Below, piece after piece: positions 26,397 to 35,986 of a stretch of 64,000 nt of DNA; position 1 is the first letter of the stretch; each line of letters begins with the position of its first letter. The DNA lies in the NCBI GenBank assembly GCA_035651955.1, contig DASRES010000024.1, positions 12,482 to 76,481 of the forward strand, given 5' to 3'. Source of the stretch: Acidimicrobiia bacterium (GTDB taxonomy: Bacteria; Actinomycetota; Acidimicrobiia; IMCC26256; JAMXLJ01). The notes below the pieces were generated by a model. That model worked only from the letters and a program-made list of their open reading frames with translations, made no database searches and was not told where the DNA came from. The position numbers were made by a program, and so were the translations under genes.

Positions 26397-26933
26397 GTGA
26401 CCGATGCGAACCCACACGTGCTGTTCCTGTGCACCGGGAACGCGGCCCGTTCCGTCATGGCGGGCGCGATGCTCGCGACCCGCGCCCCGCACGTCGACGT
26501 GACGACTGCCGGCACGCACGTGATCGAGGGCATGCCGATCAGCTTCCGCACCCGCGACGCGCTCGTCGCGCTCGAGGTGCCGCTGGACGGCCATCGCAGC
26601 CGGCAGCTCCGCGACGACGACCTGCGGACGACCGATCTCGTCGTCGCCATGGCGCGCGAGCACGTCCACTACGTCCGGCGCGTGCACACCGAGGCGGCCG
26701 CCCGGACCGGGACGTTGAAGCGTCTCGTCCGCGACCTGCCGGGCACCGCCGGCGCGCTCGGCGAACGTGTCGCCGCGCTGGGTCTCGACCGCGTCGCGCT
26801 CGAGGAGTGGGAGGACGTCGAGGATCCCGCCGGTGGCGACGCGCCCGTCTTCCATGCGTGCGCGCGCGAGCTCCTCGACCTCGTCGAACAGCTCGCGGCG
26901 GAGCTCGGGCACGGGTCGAGCAGCGTCGCCTGA
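26397..26933 (+). CDS. Low-molecular-weight phosphotyrosine phosphatase / ArsC-like family protein
   Basis: CX5R(S) P-loop: VLFLCTGNAARSVMAGAML. Confidence 0.85.
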   Translation: MTDANPHVLFLCTGNAARSVMAGAMLATRAPHVDVTTAGTHVIEGMPISFRTRDALVALEVPLDGHRSRQLRDDDLRTTDLVVAMAREHVHYVRRVHTEAAARTGTLKRLVRDLPGTAGALGERVAALGLDRVALEEWEDVEDPAGGDAPVFHACARELLDLVEQLAAELGHGSSSVA

Positions 26934-27217
26934 CACGTAGCGCGCGCACACCGGCACGTCGCGGCCGCTCCGTTGCCACGCGTTGCGCGTACGGGCGACG
27001 TGGCGTGGAAGAGCGTGCGGTCCGCCTCGCTATGGTGTCGCTCGACTGCGCCGCGTAGCGCTTCCCCGTTCAAGCTGCGCGCACCACACGCCGATCAACG
27101 CGACTGGTTCGACGCGCGGCCCGACGGCCGGGCGTCCGACGAGACCGGCCGCCCCGGGGGCAACGCAGCTCCCTCCGACCGCACCGGTCCCCTGCCGGGT
27201 TCGAGGAGGACGACCAG

Positions 27218-28381
27218 ATGCGACGACTCATGGCCGTCGGGGCACTGATCGCCGCGCTGCTGGCGCTCACGCCGGTGACGTCCGCGCACGCCGCCGACCC
27301 GGGCGCCGAGGCGTCGATGACCACGCTCGTCAACGGGTTGCGCGCGAGCCACGGACTTGCCGGGCTCGGGACGCATCCCGTGCTCACTGCGAAGGCCGAG
27401 GCGTGGGCCGCGACGATGGCCGCGCAGAACCACCTCTACCACTCGACGCTCACCGACGGCATCACCGTGCCGTGGAACAAGCTCGGCGAGAACGTCGGCG
27501 TCGGCGGTGACGTCGACCAGATCTTCCAGGCGTTCGTCGCGTCCGCGCCCCACCTCGCCAACATGCTGGACCCCGCGTTCCAGTGGATCGGCGTCGGCGT
27601 CGCGTACGGCGCGGGTCGCGTGTGGGTCGCGGTCGAGTTCATGAACGGCGCGCCCCCGCCCGCGCCGCCGCCGCCCCCGTCGTGGATCTTCGTGCACGGC
27701 GCGGCGACCAACCCCGCCGGCGGCTACTACGCGTTCCGGGGGAACGGCAGCGTGATCCCGCTCGGTGGCGCGCCCGGCTTCGGCCAGCCCGCGTTCTCGT
27801 TCGACATCGCGCGAGGGATGGCCGTCATGCCGGACGGCCGGGGGTACGCGATCCTCGACGGCTTCGGCGCGGTCCACCTGTTCGGTTCGGCGACGAGCCT
27901 CCCGCCGAGCACGACGTATTGGCCCGGGTGGGACATCGCCCGCGCGATCGCGATCACGCCGACCGGGAGGGGGTACGTGATCCTCGACGGCTGGGGCGGC
28001 GTGCACGCGTACGGCGACGCACCGCGGCTGCCGATGGCGAGCTCCTACTGGCCCGGGTGGGACATCGCACGCTCGGTCGCGATCTCGCCCGACGACCACG
28101 GCATCTACGTGCTGGACGGCTGGGGTGGCGTGCACGTAGACGGCACGGCGCGTTGGCGCGGCTCGCCCTACTGGCCGGGATGGAACATCGCGCGGTCGTT
28201 CGCACTGACGCGTGACGGCAACGGGTACGCGGTGCTCGACGGGTTCGGTGGCGTGCACGTCTCCGGCGACGCGGCGCCGGTCACCGGCGTGCCGTACGTC
28301 CCGCTCGACATCTGGCGCGGGCTCGCGAACGCCGGGACCGGCTACGTGGCCATCCGCGCGGACGGGTTCGTCGCGAGCTAG
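27218..28381 (+). CDS. Secreted CAP/SCP/PR-1-like domain protein with a C-terminal array of about 43-aa repeats
   Basis: Sec signal (ALLALTPVTSAHA/AD), then a CAP-like segment (HPVLTAKAEAWAATMAAQNHLYHS...HLANMLDPAFQWIGVGVAY). A proline linker is followed by 5-6 repeats of the type WPGWDIARxxAxxPxGxGYxxLDGWGGVHxxG. A GAGGAGG SD precedes the start. Confidence 0.8.
   Translation: MRRLMAVGALIAALLALTPVTSAHAADPGAEASMTTLVNGLRASHGLAGLGTHPVLTAKAEAWAATMAAQNHLYHSTLTDGITVPWNKLGENVGVGGDVDQIFQAFVASAPHLANMLDPAFQWIGVGVAYGAGRVWVAVEFMNGAPPPAPPPPPSWIFVHGAATNPAGGYYAFRGNGSVIPLGGAPGFGQPAFSFDIARGMAVMPDGRGYAILDGFGAVHLFGSATSLPPSTTYWPGWDIARAIAITPTGRGYVILDGWGGVHAYGDAPRLPMASSYWPGWDIARSVAISPDDHGIYVLDGWGGVHVDGTARWRGSPYWPGWNIARSFALTRDGNGYAVLDGFGGVHVSGDAAPVTGVPYVPLDIWRGLANAGTGYVAIRADGFVAS
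27800..28378 (+). repeat. Intragenic tandem repeats, period about 129-132 nt
   Basis: tggcccgggtgggacatcgc recurs at about 27920 and 28050, with a variant (tggccgggatggaacatcgc) at about 28170. These correspond to the protein repeats. Confidence 0.6.
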
Positions 28382-28413
28382 AGGTCGCGACCCGGCGCGG
28401 GGCTGCGTCGCGG

Positions 28414-29271
28414 GTGACCGTACGATGTCGCCCCGTGGACGCGCTGGCCTTCTTCGGCCTCCAACGCACGCACGACCCGTTCCGGTGGCGCATGCCGATC
28501 GTGCCCGAGCTGTGCTCGGGCCTCGGCGCGCTGTTCGGGGGCTGCGGCCTGGGGGCGGCGATCGAGGTCCTGGAGCGGACGACCGACCGTCCGCTCGTCT
28601 GGGCGACCGCGCAGTACCTGTCGTTCGCTCGCCCGCCGTCGGTGCTCGACCTGGACGTGACGGAGGTCGTGCGCGGCCACCAGATGTCCCAGGCGCGCGT
28701 CGTCGGCCGGGTCGGTGGCGAGGAGATCTTCACGGTCAACGCCGCGCTCGGCCGTCGTGAGCTCGACCTCGCCGGCTCGTGGGCGTTGCAGCCCGACGTG
28801 CCGCCGCCGGAGATGTCGCCCCCGCGCGTCGTCATGGAACGGCACCTCGGCACGATCATGGACCGGCTCGACATGCGACTCGCCAACGCGCGCAACCAGG
28901 ACGAGCTGCCCGGCCCGCCGGGCGACGGGCGGAGCGCGTTGTGGGTCCGCCTCCCGTCGCTCGAGATGTCGGCCGCGGCGCTCGCGATCGTCGGCGACTA
29001 CGTCCCGTTCGGGATCGGGCAGGCGCTCGGCCAGCGCGCCGGCGGGCAGAGCCTCGACAACACGCTGCGGGTCGCGCACCGGGCACCGACGGAGTGGGTC
29101 CTGGCCGACGTGCGCGTGCACGCGGTCGCGGACGGGTTCGGGCACGGCCTCGTCCATCTCTGGAGCGCGGACGGCACGCTCCTCGGCACCGCGAGCCAGT
29201 CGACGATCGTCCGCCGCCACCGTGACGAGAACGGCGAGGTGTCGACAGGACGAAAGGTTGCACGCGCATGA
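28414..29271 (+). CDS. Acyl-CoA thioesterase II-like (double hot-dog)
   Basis: 285 aa. FGGCGLGAAIEVLER...AQYLSFARP...HGLVHLWSADGTLLGTASQS follows a TesB-like pattern. Confidence 0.7.
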   Translation: MTVRCRPVDALAFFGLQRTHDPFRWRMPIVPELCSGLGALFGGCGLGAAIEVLERTTDRPLVWATAQYLSFARPPSVLDLDVTEVVRGHQMSQARVVGRVGGEEIFTVNAALGRRELDLAGSWALQPDVPPPEMSPPRVVMERHLGTIMDRLDMRLANARNQDELPGPPGDGRSALWVRLPSLEMSAAALAIVGDYVPFGIGQALGQRAGGQSLDNTLRVAHRAPTEWVLADVRVHAVADGFGHGLVHLWSADGTLLGTASQSTIVRRHRDENGEVSTGRKVARA

Positions 29272-30224
29272 CGCAGCGCTGGGGCATCACGATCCCGTTC
29301 GAGGGCGTTCCGCTGCGCGACCAGCGCGCCTGGATCGAGGAGCTGCCCGACCTCGGCTACACCGACGTCTGGTCGGCCGAGTCGGGCGGCTACGACGCGT
29401 TCACGCCGCTCGCGCTGGCGTCGGTGTGGGCGCCGTCGCTGCGCCTCGGTACCGCGATCGTCCCGTCGTTCACGCGCGGGGCGGCGACGCTGGCCGAGTG
29501 CGTCGGATCGCTGTGCCAGGCCGCGCCCGGTCGGGTCGCGTTCGGGATCGGCACGTCGTCGAACGTCATCGTCGAGCAGTGGAACGGCATCCCGTTCGAC
29601 AAGCCGTACCACCGCACCCGCGACATGGTGCGGTTCCTGCGCGCCGCGCTCGCCGGCGAGAAGGTGACGCAGGAGTACGAGACGTTCTCGGTGCGCGGGT
29701 TCCGCCTCGGCATCGAGGTCGAGCAGCAACCGCCGATCCTCGTCGGCGCGCTGCGGCCCGGGATGCTGCGTCTCGCGGGGCGCGAAGGCGACGGCGCGAT
29801 CATCAACTGGCTGTCCGCCGACGACGTGCACCAGGTGGTCCCGCACGTGGGGGCGGGCAAGGAGATCGTGGCGCGCATCTTCGTGCTGCCGACCGAGGAT
29901 CGCGAGCTGGTGCGCTACGTCGGGCGGCGTGCGATCGCCGCGTACCTCAACGTCCCCGTGTACGCGGCCTTCCACGAGTGGCTCGGACGCGGCGACGTGT
30001 TGCAGCCCATGTGGGACGCTTGGAAGGCGCGCGACCGCGCTGCTGCGCTCGACGCGATCCCGGACGAGCTGGTCGACGACCTGATCGTGCACGGGTCACC
30101 CGAGGCGTGCCGCGAGCACCTCCAGCGCTACGTCGACGCCGGCGTGACGACACCCGCGCCCGCGATCCTCGGCAGCGGCGAGTCGTTGCGACAGGTGATC
30201 CGCGACCTCGCGCCGAGCGCCTGA
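29268..30224 (+). CDS. LLM-class F420-dependent oxidoreductase
   Basis: ATGA overlap with the upstream gene. MTQRWGITIPFEGVPLRDQRAWIEELPDLGYTDVWSAE is typical of the F420-dependent LLM subfamily. Confidence 0.8.
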   Translation: MTQRWGITIPFEGVPLRDQRAWIEELPDLGYTDVWSAESGGYDAFTPLALASVWAPSLRLGTAIVPSFTRGAATLAECVGSLCQAAPGRVAFGIGTSSNVIVEQWNGIPFDKPYHRTRDMVRFLRAALAGEKVTQEYETFSVRGFRLGIEVEQQPPILVGALRPGMLRLAGREGDGAIINWLSADDVHQVVPHVGAGKEIVARIFVLPTEDRELVRYVGRRAIAAYLNVPVYAAFHEWLGRGDVLQPMWDAWKARDRAAALDAIPDELVDDLIVHGSPEACREHLQRYVDAGVTTPAPAILGSGESLRQVIRDLAPSA

Positions 30225-30237
30225 CCAGAACGCGCCG

Positions 30238-30969
30238 TCAGGCGACTTCGCGCAGCTTGACGTCGTGATGGCGGACGCGCGCGAGCCGGAGCCCGGTCAG
30301 CGCGCGGACGGCCCACCAGCCCGGGTCGAGCTCCCACCGCTGCAGTGAGAACCGCGCGGACGTCGGCGCGGCGTGATGGTTGTTGTGCAGGCCCTCGCCC
30401 GCGGTCAGCAACGCGAGCCACTGCATGTTCGTCGCCGAGTTCGCGTGCGGCCGGCGGCCCGCGGTGTGCCCGAGCGCGTTGATCGCGCCGCTCAGCATCA
30501 GGTAGGTGACTGCGTGGACCGCAGCGGCGAGGAGACCGGTCTCCCACCCGAACACGAGGCACAGGATCGCGATGCCGATCCCGAGCCCGAGGAAGGCGTG
30601 GTCGAACAGGACGCGGTCGAGCGCGTCCTGCGGGATGTCGCGCGCGTACTTGCGGACGGTGACCCCGTCACGCGCGACGCGCCGGTAGAGCGCCGCGTTC
30701 GCCAGCTGCACGCGCCAGAACCCGACCTGCGCCGGGCTGTGCGGGTCCTCCGGCGTGTCGGTCGAGGCGTGATGACGACGGTGCACGGCGGCCCACTCCC
30801 GGGGGCGCATGCCGGTCGTCAGCCAGAGGATCGTCCGGCACGCGACAGCGACCGCCGGGTTGAGGGTGAGCGCGCGGTGGGCGAGCCCGCGGTGGAGGTA
30901 GACGGTCGTCGCGAGGATCGCGATCTGGGTGACGACGAGACCGGCGACGACGGCGATGAGGGGATGCAC
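30238..30969 (-). CDS. Membrane acyl-CoA (delta-9-type) fatty-acid desaturase
   Basis: His boxes HRGLAHR, HRRHH and HNNHH. The track ORF starts at 31029. I prefer the GTG at 30969 ([10 protein letters not shown]...) because the shared operator and a TACGAT-N6 element lie just upstream. Confidence 0.85.
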   Translation of the reverse strand: MHPLIAVVAGLVVTQIAILATTVYLHRGLAHRALTLNPAVAVACRTILWLTTGMRPREWAAVHRRHHASTDTPEDPHSPAQVGFWRVQLANAALYRRVARDGVTVRKYARDIPQDALDRVLFDHAFLGLGIGIAILCLVFGWETGLLAAAVHAVTYLMLSGAINALGHTAGRRPHANSATNMQWLALLTAGEGLHNNHHAAPTSARFSLQRWELDPGWWAVRALTGLRLARVRHHDVKLREVA

Positions 30970-30981
30970 GGTGGGATCGTA

Positions 30982-31000
30982 CCTACCTACTGGTCGGTAG
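30982..31000 (-). promoter_or_regulatory. Desaturase operator copy 1: CTACCGACCAGTAGGTAGG (minus-strand reading)
   Basis: It matches 18/19 of the motif at 38494-38513. It lies between the desaturase and a divergent TetR gene and overlaps the putative promoter (TACGAT at 30981-30976, 6 nt before the GTG). Confidence 0.65.
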
Positions 31001-31073
31001 ACGGAACGGGCCTCGCGTGCGGCGGCCACGACGCCGACCGGTGCCCTCGGCGACCAGGAGTACCCTCGAGCCG

Positions 31074-31700
31074 ATGGACGGCAACCCTGCCGGGCCGGCC
31101 ACCACGAAGGAGCTGATCCTCGAGGTGGCGCTGCGCCGCTTCGCCGATCACGGCTTCGCGGCGACGACGCTCAACGACATCGCCGACGAGGTCGGCATCC
31201 GGCGACCGAGCCTGTTGCACCACTTCCCGTCCAAGGAGGCGCTCTACAGCGCCGTGGTGATGCGGTCGTTCGCGGACTGGTTCGCGCTCGTCGAAGCGGC
31301 GGTGGCCGGCACCGACAAGCAGGGATGGCCCCAGGTCGAGCGGGTCCTGCGGGCGGCGTTCCAGTTCTTCGAGGAGCGCCCCGAGTTCGTCCGGCTCGCC
31401 CGCCGGGAGGCGATCGAGGGCGGCCCGGTCCTGTCCGCGGAGCTCGGGCTCGCGCTGCGCCCGCTGTTCGACCGTGGCGTCGCGTTCCTCACACGTGAGA
31501 TGGACGCCGGGCGGCTGCGCCGCTACGACCCGCGCCAGATGCTGCTCACCGGCTACGGCGCCATCCTGTCGTATCTCTCCGACGCGCCGTTGATCTCGTC
31601 GTTGCTCGACGACGACCCGCTCTCGCCCGCGGCACTGAAGGAGCGGCGCGAGCACGTCATCGACGTGCTGCGCAACGCGCTCGAGCCGTCGGCGTCCTAG
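31074..31700 (+). CDS. TetR family transcriptional regulator (DesT-like by context)
   Basis: The ATG at 31074 gives [58 protein letters not shown]. Confidence 0.85.
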   Translation: MDGNPAGPATTKELILEVALRRFADHGFAATTLNDIADEVGIRRPSLLHHFPSKEALYSAVVMRSFADWFALVEAAVAGTDKQGWPQVERVLRAAFQFFEERPEFVRLARREAIEGGPVLSAELGLALRPLFDRGVAFLTREMDAGRLRRYDPRQMLLTGYGAILSYLSDAPLISSLLDDDPLSPAALKERREHVIDVLRNALEPSAS

Positions 31701-32440
31701 AGCTTCATCAGGTCGCGGAAGCGCGCCAGCAGCGCGTCGTCGCCGAACACCTCGACCGCGTCGGCGGGGACGCGTCCGTACACCATCAGCAGGAGGTCGG
31801 ACGCGCTGCCGCGCGCCGCGACGTCGCCCTTGCCGTGACCGTGCGACCACTCGAGCCCGTCGGGAACGAGGTGCGCCAGCCACTCGCCGTCGCAGTCGGT
31901 TGCGTGGAGGTGGATCGTCTCGCCGTTCCCGGTCGGCGTGATCCCGCTGCGCGCGGCCGTCGCGGGGAGGTTGTCGAAGCGCTCGTCGATCCCGTCGACC
32001 GCGAGCGGTGCGTCGATCGGGTCGAGTGCGCCACCGGTCGCGTGTTGGGCGTCCCAGCGGTGCACGGCGGTCTCGTGCGCCATGCGGCGTGACCAGAAGG
32101 CGGCGCGGTCGTCACCCGCCCACGACCACAACGGGACACCGGGGTCGAGCGCGCCGAGCACGTCGACGAGCTTTTGCGCACCCGCCGCGAACCAGTTGCC
32201 GTACTCGGTCTCGTCGTCGGGCAGGCCGAGGTCGATGGTGCGTGGGTCGACGGGCTCCATCGAGTGCCGCTCGGCGATGGTGCGCGCCCAGGCCTGCGCG
32301 CTGCCGGTGTGCTTGACGAGCTTCGCGAGCGTCCAGCCCGGGCACGACGGCACCGGTGTCGCGGGATCCGCGCCGCGATACGCCGTCGCAAGCCGCGCGC
32401 TCTCGTCGCGCGTCACGTCCAGGAACTGCGAGTGATCCAC
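31697..32440 (-). CDS. Mycothiol-dependent maleylpyruvate-isomerase-like (DinB/MDMPI N-terminal domain) protein
   Basis: [27 protein letters not shown]... follows the TIGR03083-like pattern. Its stop overlaps the TetR stop by 4 nt (convergent). Confidence 0.75.
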   Translation of the reverse strand: MDHSQFLDVTRDESARLATAYRGADPATPVPSCPGWTLAKLVKHTGSAQAWARTIAERHSMEPVDPRTIDLGLPDDETEYGNWFAAGAQKLVDVLGALDPGVPLWSWAGDDRAAFWSRRMAHETAVHRWDAQHATGGALDPIDAPLAVDGIDERFDNLPATAARSGITPTGNGETIHLHATDCDGEWLAHLVPDGLEWSHGHGKGDVAARGSASDLLLMVYGRVPADAVEVFGDDALLARFRDLMKL

Positions 32441-32508
32441 GCCGGGAGCCTACGCAGGCGAGATGCGGCACTGACATACGGATTCCGTACGTCAGTGCCG
32501 CATCCTCC

Positions 32509-33237
32509 TCACTCGAACAGCGTGAGGGGGACGACCTCGAGCCGGTCGACGGGCTCGACGAGCGCGGGCGAGTTGTTGGCCGGGCTGTTGACGAGGGTCG
32601 AGACCGGGTGATGGACCAGCGTCCCGGGCCGGGCCGGGGCGAGGAGCGTCTCGACGTGCCGGGGGTCGGCGTCGTCGTCGAGCCAGACCGGCCAGCTGTC
32701 GTCGTCGAGCACCACCGGCATCCGGTCGTGGATCCCGGCGACGTCCGCGTTCGCCGCGGTCGTCACGATGGTGCAGGTCAGCAGGGGTTCGCCGCCCGTC
32801 GGCAGGGTCCGGTCCCACCAGGCCTCCCACAGACCGGCGAAGGCGAGCGGCTCCCCGCCGGGCCGGTGCAGGAGCACGGGACCGGGCGCCCCCGTGCGGC
32901 GCCACTCGTAGAACCCGTCGGCCACGACGAGGCAGCGGCGCCGCTGGAACGCCCCCGCGAACGCCCCGCTCGTGGCGACGGTCTCGGCCCGGGCGTTGAT
33001 CAGCCGGTCCCCCACCCGCGGGTCGTCCGCCCACGCGGGCACGAGCCCCCAGCGGAGCTGCTCCACGACCCGCTCCGCCGTGCTCCCGCCGTGGGCCATC
33101 CGCACGACGGGGACGGCCGCGCGGGGCGTGACGTTGTAGTCGGGCGCGTGCGCGCGCACGACGTCGTCGTCGACCAGCGCGTCGAAGCGCTCGGCGAGTG
33201 ACTGCGGCGACGACGTCGCGACGAACCGACCGCACAT
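32509..33237 (-). CDS. SOS-response-associated peptidase (SRAP/YedK/HMCES family)
   Basis: The start at 33237 gives MCGRFV (catalytic Cys2). Also present: YNVTPRAAVPVV, WGLVPAWA and INARAETV. Confidence 0.9.
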   Translation of the reverse strand: MCGRFVATSSPQSLAERFDALVDDDVVRAHAPDYNVTPRAAVPVVRMAHGGSTAERVVEQLRWGLVPAWADDPRVGDRLINARAETVATSGAFAGAFQRRRCLVVADGFYEWRRTGAPGPVLLHRPGGEPLAFAGLWEAWWDRTLPTGGEPLLTCTIVTTAANADVAGIHDRMPVVLDDDSWPVWLDDDADPRHVETLLAPARPGTLVHHPVSTLVNSPANNSPALVEPVDRLEVVPLTLFE

Positions 33238-33245
33238 CCTCGCGA

Positions 33246-33659
33246 TCAGCGGCGCGCGCGATCGGCCGCGCGCACGACGAATCGCAACGCGGACCACGTG
33301 TCGTCGATCGCGCACACCTTGTTGTCGACGAGTCCCGCGTCGAGCCCGATGCGTTGCACCGGTTCGAAGTGGAGATCCGTCACGACGCAGGACGCGCGCT
33401 TCGGCCACGCGACCCACAGTCCACCCGCGGGGACGAGCGCGCGCGCGAGACGCGGGAATCGTCGCTCGAGCTCGGAACGTCGCGTGACGAACAGCACGAC
33501 AACATCGAGTGGTGCGCGCGCCTGACGGCACAACACGACGTCGGGAGGAAGCGCGCCGAGCTGGTACTCGAAGCCGTCCGGCGCGTGGACGAGCGCGACG
33601 CGCGCGCCCGCGCGTATGCCGAGCTTCTGCGTGAGCGGCGTGCCGGGAGACCCTGCCAC
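33246..33659 (-). CDS. DUF3052 family protein
   Basis: MAGSPGTPLTQKLGIRAGARVALVHAPDGF...GGLWVAWPKR...KVCAIDDTWSALRFV. The family assignment is from memory. Confidence 0.6.
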   Translation of the reverse strand: MAGSPGTPLTQKLGIRAGARVALVHAPDGFEYQLGALPPDVVLCRQARAPLDVVVLFVTRRSELERRFPRLARALVPAGGLWVAWPKRASCVVTDLHFEPVQRIGLDAGLVDNKVCAIDDTWSALRFVVRAADRARR

Positions 33660-33722
33660 GTCATGACACTCCAGTCGGATCTCGACGCCCGGTCAACTTC
33701 TGGTCGCGCGCTGCGAGCCCGC

Positions 33723-35105
33723 TCACACCTCGTCACCGCTGCGGTAGCGCGCGAACGCGGGCACTGCGAGCGCGAGCAGCGCGACACCGCCGAGGCAGAG
33801 CAGCCCACCCGACACGACCGACACCGTCGGCGTGAACGCAGACGCGATGCCGCCGGCCTCGAGATCGCCGATGCGCGGCCCGCCCGTGACGACGAGGATG
33901 TGGACCGCGGACATGCGTCCTCGCAGGTCATCGGGCACGGAGAGCTGCAGGATCGTGCTGCGGAAGACGGCCGACACGACGTCCGCACCGCCCGCGACCG
34001 CGAGACAGAGCAACGCGAGCAGCAGGCGGTCGCCCGCGAGCCCGAACAGCGTGATGCCCGTGCCCCAGATCGCGACCGCGACGAGCACTGCCAGACCTTG
34101 CCTGCGCACGCGGCCGACCCAGCCCGTCGTGAGCGCACCGATGAGCGCACCGGCCGCGGGCGCGGAGAACAGGAGCCCGACGACCGCGTCCCCGCGATGG
34201 AACTGCGCGTGAGCGAGGACCGGGAACACCGCGCGCGGCATGCCGAAGATCATCGCGATCAGATCGACGATGAACGTCGACTGCAGCACGCGACGGCCGC
34301 GCAGGTAGCGGAACCCCTCGCCGACCGCGCGCAGCCCGGTGTGCGCGACGTCGTGACTCACGACGGGTGGATGCGGCGACATCATCACCGCCGCGACGAT
34401 CGTCGCGACGAAGCTCGCGGTGTCGATCGCGTACGCGCTCGCGAGACCGAACTGCGCGACGACGACGCCGCCGATCGCGGGTCCCGCGATCAACGCGGTG
34501 TTCCACATCGCCTGGTTGAGCGCGAGCGCCTGCGGCAGTTGCTCCGCGGGGACGAGCGTGGGTGTGAGCGCGCTGCGCGTCGACAGCGCGAAGCCGCTCA
34601 CACCACCGACGACGCCCGCGGCCGCGTAGACGAGCAGGAGCGGCGGGTTGCCGACGACCGCGCCGAGCAACAGGAGGCCCGAGCCGCCCGCCTGCACGAC
34701 CTGCGAGAGGAGCAGCAGGCGTCGCCGGTCGATGCGGTCGATGAGCGGGCTGCCGAAGATCGAGACCAGCAGGAGCGGTACGAGCTGCGCGATGCCGATG
34801 CCGCCGACCGCGAGCGACGAGCCCGTCAGGTTGTAGACCTGGATGTAGAGCGCGACGAGCGTGAACTGCGAGCCGGTCTCGGAGACGATCTCGCCCAGCC
34901 AGACGAGCCGGAAGTCGCGCGACGTGCGCAGCGGTGTGACGTCGATGGCGAGCGAACGCACGGCCCGGGTGAGCCGGGCGGTCGGCGCGAGGGCGTCGGC
35001 CTCACCGGGCTCGGGCGGGACGGCGACCTCGAGGTCCGGGTCGGGCTGGTCCGGGTCGGGCGGATGCGGATCGCACGGGTCACCTCCGTGATCGTCCGCA
35101 GCCAT
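33723..35105 (-). CDS. MFS transporter (EntS/MFS_3-like, 12 TM)
   Basis: The start at 35105 gives MAADDHGGD... It continues FRLVWLGEIVSETGSQFTLVALYIQVY and contains many TM segments. Confidence 0.85.
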   Translation of the reverse strand: MAADDHGGDPCDPHPPDPDQPDPDLEVAVPPEPGEADALAPTARLTRAVRSLAIDVTPLRTSRDFRLVWLGEIVSETGSQFTLVALYIQVYNLTGSSLAVGGIGIAQLVPLLLVSIFGSPLIDRIDRRRLLLLSQVVQAGGSGLLLLGAVVGNPPLLLVYAAAGVVGGVSGFALSTRSALTPTLVPAEQLPQALALNQAMWNTALIAGPAIGGVVVAQFGLASAYAIDTASFVATIVAAVMMSPHPPVVSHDVAHTGLRAVGEGFRYLRGRRVLQSTFIVDLIAMIFGMPRAVFPVLAHAQFHRGDAVVGLLFSAPAAGALIGALTTGWVGRVRRQGLAVLVAVAIWGTGITLFGLAGDRLLLALLCLAVAGGADVVSAVFRSTILQLSVPDDLRGRMSAVHILVVTGGPRIGDLEAGGIASAFTPTVSVVSGGLLCLGGVALLALAVPAFARYRSGDEV

Positions 35106-35160
35106 TTCCCGACCATTTCGCTCGACTTTTCGGGGGGACCGGCAGTACATTGACCGCGTC

Positions 35161-35185
35161 GGCCCGTCGAGCCTACCGACGGGCC
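35161..35185. promoter_or_regulatory. Inverted repeat GGCCCGTCG-agcctac-CGACGGGCC
   Basis: It has 9-nt perfect arms in the 182-bp divergent gap between the MFS and peroxiredoxin genes. It could be an operator or an RNA hairpin. Confidence 0.35.
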
Positions 35186-35287
35186 CCCCGATCGCCGGCG
35201 GGCACGACCGAGCCCGGCACGGCACGACCACGTACGACGCGACCGCCGACACGACGGCCGGCGACAACCCACACGAGAAGCGAGGCG

Positions 35288-35923
35288 ATGACGATGGCAG
35301 TCCGCTTGGGTGACGACGCTCCGAACTTCACCGCGGAGACCACCGAGGGGAAGGTGAACCTCTACGACTACCTCGGCAACAGCTGGGGGATGTTGTTCTC
35401 GCATCCGAAGGACTTCACGCCCGTCTGCACCACCGAGCTGGGCGCGTTCGCGGCACGCAAGGCGGAGTTCGACGAGCGCGGCGTGAAGCTGATCGGGATC
35501 TCGGTCGACCCGCTCGACTCCCACAAGGGCTGGGCGAACGACATCGAGGAGACCCAGGGCGCCAAGCTCAACTACCCGCTGATCGCGGACCCGGACCACG
35601 AGGTCGCCGACCTCTACGACATGATCCACCCGAACGCGAACGACACGTTGACCGCGCGCACGGTGTTCATCATCGGTCCGGACAAGAAGGTCAAGCTCAT
35701 GCTCACGTACCCCGCGAGCACGGGCCGCAACGTCGACGAGCTGCTGCGCGTGATCGACTCGCTCCAGCTCACCGCGAACCACAGCGTCTCGACCCCGGTG
35801 AACTGGAAGCAGGGCGAGGACGTGATCATCGCCCCCGCCATCAACGACGACGACGCCAAGAAGCGCTTCGGCGACTTCCGCACCCTGAAGCCCTACCTGC
35901 GCTACACGAAGCAGCCCAAGTAG
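35288..35923 (+). CDS. 1-Cys peroxiredoxin (Prx6-like, AhpC/TSA family)
   Basis: LGDDAPNFTAETTEGKVNLYDYLGNSWGMLFSHPKDFTPVCTTELG. The start is at 35288 or 35294. Confidence 0.95.
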   Translation: MTMAVRLGDDAPNFTAETTEGKVNLYDYLGNSWGMLFSHPKDFTPVCTTELGAFAARKAEFDERGVKLIGISVDPLDSHKGWANDIEETQGAKLNYPLIADPDHEVADLYDMIHPNANDTLTARTVFIIGPDKKVKLMLTYPASTGRNVDELLRVIDSLQLTANHSVSTPVNWKQGEDVIIAPAINDDDAKKRFGDFRTLKPYLRYTKQPK

Positions 35924-35986
35924 CGCGCCGCTCGCGCGCCGTTCACGAGCTCACGTTCGACGGCTCCCGCCGCGAGGCGGGGGCCG

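Noticed and set aside
26934-27217. A ydaO/c-di-AMP or other riboswitch in the 284-nt region upstream of the secreted CAP-domain gene.
   Set aside because: No recognisable conserved riboswitch core was seen by eye, only generic GC stems. It is left as an unexplained long upstream region.
35172-35180. A third copy of the desaturase operator (CCTACCGAC) in the MFS/peroxiredoxin gap.
   Set aside because: Only a 9-nt half-match is present, which is expected by chance in 64 kb on two strands. The local inverted repeat is a different sequence.
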